Assembly: GCF_006345805.1 (NCBI RefSeq)
Contig: NC_043007.1
Location: 70,246,001 to 70,310,000 of the forward strand
Length of the DNA stretch: 64,000 nt
Reading direction: 5' to 3'
Origin: Octopus sinensis
Lineage: Eukaryota
The notes beneath the pieces were generated by a model. That model did no database searches. It was not told the origin of the DNA and worked only from the letters and a program-made list of their open reading frames with translations. The position numbers and the translations under genes were made by a program. Positions 54,182-64,000 of the stretch are shown in pieces; position 1 is the first letter of the stretch, and every line of letters starts with the position of its first letter.

Positions 54182-54401
54182 CCCTTTTGTTACTGTAATT
54201 ATTTTGAGATGCTCTGTGTTTCTTTGAATTACTTTAAATATAACAAAGAATTTAATAAAATAACTTGGTTATCATTTAGCTAGAGTTAGGAACATAAATT
54301 GTGACTATGGTTTGGTGGAAGATTTTAATTCAAAATTTATGAAAACAGGACATTTGTACTCAGAGCCAGAGCCAGTTTCAGCCGGGTTGGTAATGAAAGT
54401 G
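54182..54401. mobile_element. piggyBac-like TTAA MITE of another family
   Basis: TTAA-CCCTTTTGTTAC...GTAATGAAAGTG-TTAA. Confidence 0.6.
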
Positions 54402-54472
54402 TTAAATGAAATCTTCAAGAACTGCTACATAACAGAGAAGTTTTGTTCTGAAAACAATATCAGTTTAATGTA

Positions 54473-55747
54473 CAAGGTGATATCAAAAAGTTCCTGGACT
54501 AGCTCTGTAGCACATTAACAGAGGGCAGCACATGGTTGCAAGGGCAGTGAGAGCTAGCAGTGACCTTCATGAGATAGTGTACCGTGTGACATTGTTGTGT
54601 TTACTTTACAAGTTGTGAAATTTGAGTTTTTCTGATCATGTGTATGCAGTAGTCTGCAATTTTGCCATGGACAGGAACAAAGAGCCAACATGAAATTTTG
54701 CATTAAACTTGGGAAGTCTGCTAGAGAGTAATTGAGCATGCTTCAGCAAGCTTACGGCAACAAGGCAAATGGATTGTAAGCAAGGTTTCAAGTGGCATGA
54801 GCTTTTCAAAAGAGGAATAATCTCCCTGGAAGACCTGCGACGAGTGTCACCTTTGGAAATGTGGTATTGTACACTGAGAATTTGTTCCCCCCAGGGCCAG
54901 ACTATCAGTCGAGAGTTCTATTGTGACATTTTGAAGTGTTTGAGGGGGGACATTCAGTGAAAGGAACCAAATCTGTGGAGTGTAAACAACAATGCACCCT
55001 GTTACTAAATTCTCCTCACTCATGAGTTTCTTGCCAAGATCAACATGGTATTGCTTTCACACCCACCCTATTTGCCAGATTTAGCTCCTGCAGACTTCCA
55101 TCTCTTCCCTAAGATGAAAATGTAGTTCAAGGTTGCCATTTTAACATCACTGTTGAGATTAAGAGCAAATTGCAGAAGGTCTTCAACTTACTTACAGGAA
55201 ACAACTTCCAGGATGGATTCCAAAAGTGGCAGAAACACTGGGTCCAGTATATTGCTGTGCAAAGTGACTATTTCAAAGGAGATGATGTTAAAACTTACTC
55301 TTTTACTTGTTTCAGTCATTTGACGGTGGCCATGCTGGAGCACCGCCTTTAGTCAAGCAAATCAACCCCAGGACTTATTCTTTGTAAGCCTAGTACTTAT
55401 TCTATTGGTCCCTTTTGCCAAACCACTAAGTTACGGGGATGTAAACACACCAGCATCGGTTGTCAAGCAAAGTTGGGGGACAAACACAGACACACAAACA
55501 TATACACACACATATATATACGACAGGCTTCTTTCAGTTTCTGTCTACCAAATCCACTCACAAGGCTTTGGTCGGCCAAGGCTCTAGTAGAAGACACTTG
55601 CCCAAGGTGCCACGCAGTGGGACTGAACCCAGAACCATGTAGTTTGTAAGCAAGCTACCTACCACACAGCCACTCCTATGCCTTAGGTAAATTTAAGTTA
55701 ATTTTTATTAAACATAACTAGTCCTGGAACATTTTTGATATCACCTT

Positions 55748-55748
<1 letters not shown>
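54473..55748 (+). mobile_element. Internally deleted mariner element with a nested SINE (55296-55685)
   Basis: TA-flanked TIRs CAAGGTGATATCAAAAAGTTCCTGGACTAG / CTAGTCCTGGAACATTTTTGATATCACCTTG. Remnants EQRANMKFCIKLGKSA and HPPYLPDLAPADFHLFPKMK. Confidence 0.9.
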
Positions 55749-55749
<1 letters not shown>

Positions 55750-55786
<37 letters not shown>

Positions 55787-55948
55787 CATTGTGTACAGTG
55801 CTCAGGTGCACTACAACTCATCTAAAGTGTATGTATAGTACATAGGGTAATGTACAAGCGTCAGGAAAAGAACAGCGCATGAGTCATGACATACGCATAT
55901 GTGTATGAGTATGGAAGGGGGACAATCAGGTGTAGTTTCGGCGGATAT
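55750..55948 (-). mobile_element. CR1-type LINE 3' fragment
   Basis: Reverse complement of the 3' UTR and tail seen at 22140-22270. Confidence 0.8.
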
Positions 55949-56334
55949 TCTCAAATGACTGCTTTGGCAGGATTTCTATGCCTGGATGCCCTTCTTAACA
56001 CCATATATTTGTGCGTGGGTGTGTGTGTGTGTAAGAGAGAGAAAGGGAGAGGGGCCACATGGCCTAGTGGTTAGGGTATTGCACTCACGATCATGAGATC
56101 AATTCCTAGACCAGGTGGTGTGTTGTGTTCTTGAGCAAAATACTCACATTACTCTGCAATCACTTAAACTCCTGACGTGTGGTACATCATACATCTGTTC
56201 AGGCAATATCGATTTGATGGAGAGAGTGAACTAACATACAGCACATACATTTGATCACTACAAACAAATCATTTGTGCTGGTCATTTGGCAAAAGGTGAA
56301 TACTCATACATCATCTTTGATGCAAGAGTCCTTT

Positions 56335-56375
<41 letters not shown>

Positions 56376-56551
56376 TAAACCTTTATTCCCTCGCAGTTAA
56401 GGATATTAGAGGAATTACGAAGTGTGACGCCTTTGCCCTGTTTCCTTGATTAGCTATAAGTGAATCATGGAGCAGAGACATCTGGTGCAGGTGAAGGATA
56501 GATTTCATTATGTAAAAATAATATAGATGATATTAAATTCTTGATATATTA

Positions 56552-56960
56552 GGCATAGGGGTGGCTGTGTGGTAAGTAGCTTGCTTACGAACCACATGGT
56601 TCCGGGTTCAGTCCCACTGCATGGTACCTTGGGCAAATGTCTTCTACTATAGCCTCGGGCCAACCAAAGCCTTGTGAGTGGATTTGGTAGACGGAAACTA
56701 AAAGAAGGTCCTCGTATATATGTATATATATGTGTGTGTGTGTGTGTGTGTATGCTTGTGTGTCTGTGTTTGTCCCCCCAACATCGCTTCACAACCGATG
56801 CTGGTGTGGTTACGTCCCCGTAACTTAGCGGTTCGGCAAAAGAGACCGATAGAATAAGTACTAGGCTTACAAAGAATAAGTCCTGGGGTCAATTTGCTTG
56901 ACTAAAGGTGGTGCTCCAACATGGCCACAGTCAAATGACTGAAACAAGTAAAAGAGAGTA
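56552..56960 (+). mobile_element. tRNA-derived SINE family 2 (CORE-like ccttgggcaa(g/a)tg); other copies 36414-36650+, 44422-44745+, 49532-49645-, 52103-52473+, 55296-55685-, 57477-57826+, 60775-60900+, 63835-64000-
   Basis: A box TGGCTGTGTGG, B box GGTTCAGTCCC, internal TA/TG microsatellite, tail gactgaaacaagtaaaagag. Confidence 0.9.
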
Positions 56961-57143
56961 GATCCAAGTAAATGTATTTTTGGTTGAATCAGTGAAAATT
57001 TTTCTCATGCCACTAAGTAGTTATGTTTTGATTTAATAACATGAATGTTATCTAAAAACAGAGGAGATTAATTAATTAATTGGTGCAGTTAATTCAATTT
57101 AACTTATTTACTGTAGTTTTTTTTTTCCTTTTTTAATTAACAG

Positions 57144-57309
57144 CAACAAGATTACTTGGAACAAAGTATGGTTTATATAGAACCATGACTGTTGCAGCCA
57201 CAGATTACCAATATGAAAACTTGAAAGTCACTAAACCAAGTGACTGGGTATTCCATGTAGAATTTAACCGACCCGATAAAAGAAATGCCATCAATCGAGA
57301 ATTATCAGT
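57144..57309 (+). CDS. ECH1: Coding exon (probably exon 2) of delta(3,5)-delta(2,4)-dienoyl-CoA isomerase, crotonase superfamily
   Basis: Polypyrimidine tract and CAG acceptor (57141-57143), GTAAGT donor at 57310. Phase-1 start gives (A)TRLLGTKYGLYRTMTVAATDYQYENLKVTKPSDWVFHVEFNRPDKRNAINRELS(V), matching the ECH1 segment YESLRVT..HVLHVQLNRPNKRNAMN as I recall it. Confidence 0.93.
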
Positions 57310-57346
57310 GTAAGTTTACTAATTTTGCATTGATTTAACTATTTAA

Positions 57347-57916
57347 CCCTTTAATGTTCAGATTACTCCTGTTAAATGTAGTATTTTTTTACTCAAATTG
57401 TTTTGAGTTAATCTTGCATTATCTTATAGCTTTGAGGTTTCAATAATGTGATTGTTTATTTTTAGAATGTCAATGTAGGCGTATGAGTAGCTGTGTGGTA
57501 AGAAGTGGCTGTGTAGCAAGTGTCTTCTACTATAGCCTCGGGCCGACCAAAGCCTTGTGAGTGGATTTGGTAGACGGAAACTGACAGAAGCCTGTTGTAT
57601 ATATGTGTATGTGTTTGTGTGTCTGTTTGTCCCCCCAACATCGCTTGACAACCGATGCTGGTGTGTTTACGTCCCCGTAACTTAGCGGTTCAGCAAAAGA
57701 GACCGATAGAATAAGTACTAGGCTTACAAAGAATAAGTCTTGGGGTCGATTTGCTCGACTAAAAGGTGGTGCTCCAGCATGGCCACAGTCAAATGACTGA
57801 AACAAGTAAAAGAGTAAAAGAGAGTAGGTTAGGTGTGAGAGGCTAGATATTGCCAGTTTGAATATAAAACATATAGAATATTTGGTCCAGATATGACCGG
57901 TTTAAACACTAAAGAG
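57347..57916. mobile_element. piggyBac-like TTAA MITE, second copy, with SINE (57477-57826) at a different site
   Basis: TTAA-CCCTTT...AAAGAG-TTAA ends; same internal sequence as the 51938 copy. Confidence 0.75.
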
Positions 57917-58184
57917 TTAATGTTCCAATTGTTTAGAATTAAGTGGAGCTTTGCCACCTTGAAATCACGAATGCTGGTTAAAGTGACCGAGACCATTGGC
58001 AGTATACCATGCTTGAGAAAACCTGTCGAGCCAAGTGAGATTGTAGTCGTGGCCAATGCCAGTGTTTTGTAACTGGTGCATAAATAGTACCCACTACACT
58101 CTTGGAGTGGTTGGTGTTAGGAAGATTATCCAGCTGTAGGAACCATGCCAAATCAGAATGAAGCCTGGTGCAGCTCCTCAGCTT

Positions 58185-58318
58185 ACCAGATAGATTGAAG
58201 AACATTGTAGAAAATGAAGGACAGTATATTTTAGATTAAAAAAAGAACTTTGTTTATCTTAGTTTTGAAAAATAAAAGAAGTATAAAAAACCCACATCAT
58301 TTATAGGATTTCCCAATA
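58185..58318 (+). mobile_element. 3'-terminal fragment of the same mariner family
   Basis: taccagatag..attgtagaaaatgaagg..tatattttagattaa..catttataggatttccc matches the 3' end and TIR of the 47129 copy. Confidence 0.65.
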
Positions 58319-58494
58319 TTTACAAAGGTCAACTTTAATTCATGAATCACCTGCTTTTTTGATTAAAAAATTACAATATTAATGCTGTTAATAAAATAAA
58401 AATGATAATAAAACAAGTGAAACCACCAACATAAAAATCTTTGAGAGAACTGCATTAGAATTCTTTGTAACATGAAAATAGATATTAATTTTAA

Positions 58495-58705
58495 ATTTTT
58501 TGCACAAGGCTAACAAGCTTGGGGGAGGGGGCTAGTCAATTACGTTGACCCCCCAGTGCTCAACTGGTACTTATTTTACCAATTCCAAAAGGATAAAAGG
58601 CAAACTCAACACTGGCAAAATTTTAACTCAGAACACAAAGATGAACGAAAATGCTACTATGCATTTTGCCCAGCACGCAAAGAATTCTACCAGCTCAATG
58701 CCTTA
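58495..58705 (-). mobile_element. SINE family 1 monomer, strongly CpG-decayed
   Basis: Collinear with 23248-23464, but most CG dinucleotides are changed to CA/TG. Confidence 0.8.
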
Positions 58706-59561
58706 ACACGAAAATAAATATTAAACATGAAAATGATCAGATATAGAACATCAAAAAGTGTCTGCTATAGAATTTTCTCAAGAAATATTTAGCTGAAAAT
58801 TTCTGCAGCAACCTGCTTTCTAGTGTGTGAGTATCCCACCTTCCGTGACACCTCTGTTTCATTGTTTCATATATCCTGATGGAGTTCCTTCTCCTTACTC
58901 CTTGCTTATCTCAAAACCTGTCTAAGAAGTAATTTAAGTGTGTGTGGAGGTAATAAACCTTGATGTTTGTATTTACATCCAAGTTTAAAATCGGAGAACA
59001 TGTTTTCTAGATTTAGAGAGTTGTTGTCTGAAAATTGTCAAGAAAATTTTTGACAACCAAAACCAGCTAAGATCATGCACATTAAAATCTATGAATTGTG
59101 GATCTTTGGTAAGATCTATTGTCTAAGATCATCAGAAATCTTGCTTTAAATTTTTACTTTCTCATTCTAGAGAATTTATAACTTAGCATACACTTTTTTT
59201 GATTAATGTCATTACTTTTAGTTGTTGGTTTGAAATAATTAGATTTAATGAATATTTGTTGTTTTATTAGTCTTTAGTATATTATCAGCATTAATATTTT
59301 CATTATTTTTGTATTAAAATAGACTATTTAGTCATTAGAGTTGAAAGGTCAAAACTGATATCGTTTTGGAATCAGTGACCCAAATGTACCTAAGAATTGA
59401 TCTAACTTCTGAGGTGCAACTGAAATCCCTAATTTCAATGTATGAATGGCTATATCAGCAAATAATAGAGTGTGCTGTATCTCCCAAAACTGAATATTTT
59501 TGTGTATTTGAAATCATCACTTCAAATATATGCAAGAATAGATCTTAAATTCTATGGTATC

Positions 59562-60416
59562 AAAATCAAGTAGAAGTGTTTAACGGCTTCAATACCCCTG
59601 GTTTTAGCTATAAGATAAAGTTTGCAGGGAAATATTTAAGAGAAAGGATCCCTTGTTTATATTGTTAAATATTTCTGATATATCTCATCCAGAATGGCCC
59701 TTCAACTGAAAGTAAAAAAAAAACTATATTTTTCACTCGTGTAAAAAGTCCATCTCAAAACTCACAATTTTTTTCTGTATGTAAATCTGAAAGTGACAAG
59801 CGTGATAGGGGTCCCCAATTTTAATGCACGAGTCAATACATCAACATACATCTCCAAAACTAGCTCCATCAGGGTAAAAACTAATAGTATATATTGGAAT
59901 AAACATCTCAAATCCACTCAAGAATTGATCTAAAGAATCCTGTAAAACTCGAATCTGTACATTTGCCAAGGTGAAGATGACAGAATTATCTCCCTTGAAC
60001 TTATTTGGGGAAATATTAAACGAAACTATAGAAACTTTGAATCATCTTCCTTCCACCGGGATCTTAACTCTCTGTACTCTAAGCTAACTGTCATCCAATT
60101 TTCACAGTGATAAAGATACAACCCCCATAAGATATGGATAAAAAATTTTACAGATGCAACTTGTCACTTTCAGATTTACATACAGAAAAATATTGTGAGT
60201 TTGCATAAAAAATGACATACTGAAGTTTTGAGATGAACTTTTCATGAGAGAAAAAAATATTATTTTTTTTTCTTTCAGATGAAGGGCCATTCTGGATGAA
60301 ATATATCAGAAATATTTAACAATGAGGGATCCTTTCTGTTAAATATTTCCCTGCAAACTTTATCTTATATCTAAAACTAGGGGTATTGAAGCTGTTAAAC
60401 ACTTCTACTTGATTTT
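59562..60416. mobile_element. Foldback/MITE with ~240-bp inverted arms in an ECH1 intron
   Basis: 59562-59800 (aaaatcaagtagaagtgtttaac..gtgacaag) is the near reverse complement of 60160-60416. Confidence 0.9.
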
Positions 60417-61044
60417 AACTCCCAGCCTGTGAATGAGCTACAAAATCAATATTTTTATTAATTTTGCCACATTACCTTTGTATCATGGGATAGTAATGCT
60501 TAACACAAAAACTGTCAAAGGTAGGAAATATGCAGAGTTTGTTTGAATAAGCTAGAAGGTAGACAGGTAGGACATAGATAAAGTTGCCTCCAAGGAGATG
60601 AAACAGAAAAACTGATTAAACACTGTAGCATAGATGAAGCTAATTGGCAATTATTTTCCAGTTTTGGGCGAGTGGAAAAAATATTGCTGGAAACGTTTGA
60701 CTTTTATCACAGAGATGAACAAATATTTGTTGATTTCTAATGAGTTGATGGAGAATGGAACATACAAAAATATTGCTTCCTAGCTACATGGTTTCGGGTT
60801 CAGTCCCACTGCGTGGCACTTTGGGTAGGTGTCTTCTGCTATAGCCCTGAGCCGACCGAAGCTTTGTGATTGAATTCGGCAGGCGGAAGTTACTGCCGTG
60901 TGTGTGTAGGTGCTTGTGCCTCTCCAAAAGATATAAATATTGTTGTAATTATTTAGCTAAATTCAATTAAAGATAATTTTTCTTACTAATGTAATAAACA
61001 AAGAAAATACTAAATGTATACATATTTATATATTTCTCTTGTAG

Positions 61045-61133
61045 AGATGTTATTTCTGCCTTCAAAAAGCTTTCCTATGATCCAGACTGCCGTGTTGTGG
61101 TTCTTAGCGGGGCAGGACGAGTATTTACTGCAG
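61045..61133 (+). CDS. ECH1: Next coding exon (89 nt) of the ECH1-like gene
   Basis: tttctcttgtAG acceptor and GT donor at 61134. Phase matches the previous exon (gt+a = Val). Encodes DVISAFKKLSYDPDCRVVVLSGAGRVFTA(G), like ECH1 FNKISRDADCRAVVISGAGKMFTAG. No further exon recognised before 64000. Confidence 0.93.
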
Positions 61134-61727
61134 GTTTGTTCATATTGGCTTTATCAGTATTTTTTTTTAAATATGCTATCAGTATTAATGCCAGATACTG
61201 TAGTAAACTGCCATGTTCATTGACCAAGAAATGATGTTTCACTAGCACTACTAACATAAGACATAAACATCACAGACTCTCTTTCTCTTAGAAAATTTAT
61301 GATTTTGAGCCTGACAAAGAATTTACTATCATAAACATAGGTGAGATCTTTCAAAATTTGACTCAAGACCCTCACACCTGGTTCTCAAATGTTTTTTAGT
61401 TTTTAATTTATTCGTCAGAGAACAGTTCTGATGATATGTTTTGTTTTCTGTCAAACCACTACATTTATATTACTGTGGGAAAAGCAAGAATTTAGCAAGC
61501 ACTTCTTTTTCTTGACCATAACAAATCTCGATCATTAACACAGCCAGATTCTCTTCCCATCATTAACCCTTCTCTATTACAAATAAGAGAATCTCTTCTA
61601 TCACTCTTTTTAAAGGTTACATAGTGATGGTATGATTCCTTGACAACAGAAATTACAACAGCATCACCAGTTTCAGCTTGCAATATTCAGAGAATCTGTA
61701 AACAAACACACTAATACATATACATTT

Positions 61728-62457
61728 CATCATCACCATCATCATCATCATTTAACGTCCGCTTTCCATGCTAGCATGGGTTGGACGATTTGACTGAGGG
61801 CTGGCAAACCAGATGGCTGCACCAGGCTTCAATCTTGATCTGGCAGAGTTTCTACAGCTGGATGCCCTTCCTAACGCCAACCACTCCAATAGTGTAGTGG
61901 GTGCTTTTACATGCCACCAGCATGGGGTCAGTCAGGCAGTACTGGCAACAACCTCGCTCGAATCTTTTACACATGGCACAGGTGACAGTAAGGCAATGCT
62001 GGTAACGATCACACTCGAATGGTACCTTTTACATGCCACCGGCATGGAGGCCAGATAGCCACTCTGGCAACGATCACACTCGGATAGTGATCTTAACACC
62101 CTACTAGCACGGGGCTTGAGTGCCAGTAAGGTGACGCTGGTATACGTACATATATTTATTTGTTTGTGTTAAGTCTGATCTTACTGATTGTGTAATGCAC
62201 CCATGGCGCTGACATGTAAAAGTGCCCTTGTGGTGACATGTGAAAGTAACCATGCAGCATCGCATAGAAGCATCCATGCAGTGCTGCATAAAAGTATCCA
62301 GTACACTCTGTAAAGTGGTTGGTGTTAGGAAGGGCATCCAGCCATAGTAAACTATACCAAATCAGACTAGTCTGGTGCAGCTTACCTGGCTTGTCAGCTC
62401 TGGTCACACCGTCCAGTCCATGATAGCATGGACAATAGATGTTAAATGATGATGATG
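61728..62457. mobile_element. Two oppositely oriented RTE-3'UTR-derived repeats (61728-62130 minus, ~62290-62457 plus); more at 53035-53290 and 57950-58185
   Basis: Shared ctggatgcccttcctaacgccaaccact and (cat)n/(gat)n tail modules. Confidence 0.75.
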
Positions 62458-62654
62458 TGTGTGTGCGCATACTCTCACCCCTTTGATGAATGACAGTTCC
62501 AAACACGTGTAAAAAATTACCATCACCCGAATGGCTGCATGTGTGTATGATTAAACTGAAGACTTCCTGTAACACCCTCTAGCTGTTCCTATTGCCACTG
62601 AATTTATGTGATGGTGTTGGCACCAATGCCTTGGTTTGCTGAATAATTCACATA

Positions 62655-62998
62655 ATGAATATTATTATTATTATTTTCCCTTTTTTCTTCAAATTTTCTT
62701 CCGTTTCTCGCCGAGTATTTTCTGTACACCTAGGGCAGAGAAGCTCATTGTATGCATTCCCAGATTACACACGCAAATTCACAGGTAAAATATGTATTTA
62801 AAAAATTAATGAATAAATAAATTCATGAATGGATGTTGTTTTCACAGCGATAATGCTCTTCTCAGTACATGAGCCATTCCAATTAACACGATTTTTTGTG
62901 CTTCCTGTAGGGACTGTTGTCGCCTTGAGATGCCACATCTTTTCAATTTCTATTAGCAAGTCTTTATATTTACTAATCTTGTCAAATTCTTTCACTGC

Positions 62999-63000
<2 letters not shown>
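62655..63000 (-). mobile_element. R4/Dong-like non-LTR 3' fragment between (TAA)n tracts
   Basis: AVKEFDKISKYKDLLIEIEKMWHLKATTVP is an R4/Dong-type RLE C-terminus; (TAA)n on both sides fits the known target preference of Dong-like elements. Confidence 0.75.
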
Positions 63001-63061
<61 letters not shown>

Positions 63062-63235
63062 TACTATTACTACTACTACTACTACTACTACTATTGTTAT
63101 TGTTATTATCATCATCATCATCATTATCATTATCATTATCATTATCATCATCATCATTATCATTATCATTATCATCATCATCACCATCACCACCACCACC
63201 ACCACCACCATCATCACCACCACCACCATCATCAT

Positions 63236-63267
<32 letters not shown>

Positions 63268-63273
63268 TCATCA

Positions 63274-63304
<31 letters not shown>
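62998..63304. repeat. In-register compound trinucleotide array ATT/ACT/ATC/ACC/ATC/ATT
   Basis: Direct reading; source of the poly-Ile/Thr pseudo-ORFs. Confidence 0.97.
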
Positions 63305-64000
63305 AGTAGGCATGGTTTATGCAGAGCCAGTCTTATTGTCTCAGCTTTCAAATTTGTATTGGTCTGGTGCAACAAGCGTCACAAGCCCAGTAATTATCAG
63401 AATGCAGGATTTGTATCTTCTCTTAGATGAGCAACTAAAGAGCTGAAGGACCTCATCTGCTCTGGGTTTGTTGCGCTGTGTGAGGGACCTTCTTCAGGAA
63501 ACAATTTTGTGACAAGCTAGTTAACCCATAGCTGAGACCCTAACAGGTGCTACTACTCTGGGTCAGAGTAGACTTGGGAACAATAGGGGCTAAATATTGG
63601 TTCCAAACTCCTCAAAACACTAAAACTTCCAGACCAAGACCCTATTTCAGGACACGAGGCAAGGGTGAATTTCATAGGAATGTGAAAGGAGATGGTTAGA
63701 TGAGAAAAAAAAAACAGATTTTATTTCAACTTCACTGTTGATATACTTAGTGTATATCAACAAATCTAGCTTTAACAAATCTATAAACAATTACTCCAAC
63801 AACATCTATTCTACCTATACGGAACAATACATACTTTTTACTTTACTTATTTCAGTTTGACTGTGGCCATGCTGGAGCACTGCCTTTAGTCGATCAAATC
63901 GACCCCAGGACTTATTCTTTGTAAGCCTAGTACTTATTCTATCAGTCTCTTTTGCCGAACCGCTAAGTTACGGGCACGTAAACCCACCAGCATCGGTTGT

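Noticed and set aside
62798-63446. 171-205 aa ORFs rich in Ile/Thr/Met
   Set aside because: Stop-free trinucleotide array joined to an R4/Dong fragment.

Overview
Eukaryotic, AT-rich, repeat-saturated genomic DNA. The SINE families look to me like those of a coleoid cephalopod (Octopus); this is recognition, not a database result. About 1-49.6 kb is intergenic and built from microsatellites, tRNA-derived SINEs (often multimers bounded by one TSD pair), decayed mariner/Tc1 elements, MITEs, non-autonomous Helitrons and fragments of Gypsy, Penelope-like, CR1, RTE, CRE, HERO and R4/Dong retroelements. There is a 100-N gap at 8048-8147. From about 49.8 kb the window enters the 5' part of a plus-strand ECH1-like gene (delta3,5-delta2,4-dienoyl-CoA isomerase), with two clear coding exons (57144-57309, 61045-61133) and a candidate ATG-G first coding exon; repeats in this part show marked CpG decay. 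Almost all ORFs in the supplied track are microsatellite or repeat artefacts. The most interesting signal is a set of Penelope-type minimal hammerhead ribozyme motifs. One looks intact (34513-34598) inside a ~275-bp non-coding element embedded in (TA)n, two lie in the arms of an adjacent inverted-repeat element, and one is in the tail of a tRNA-headed SINE. Several long hairpins also sit in (TA)n tracts.
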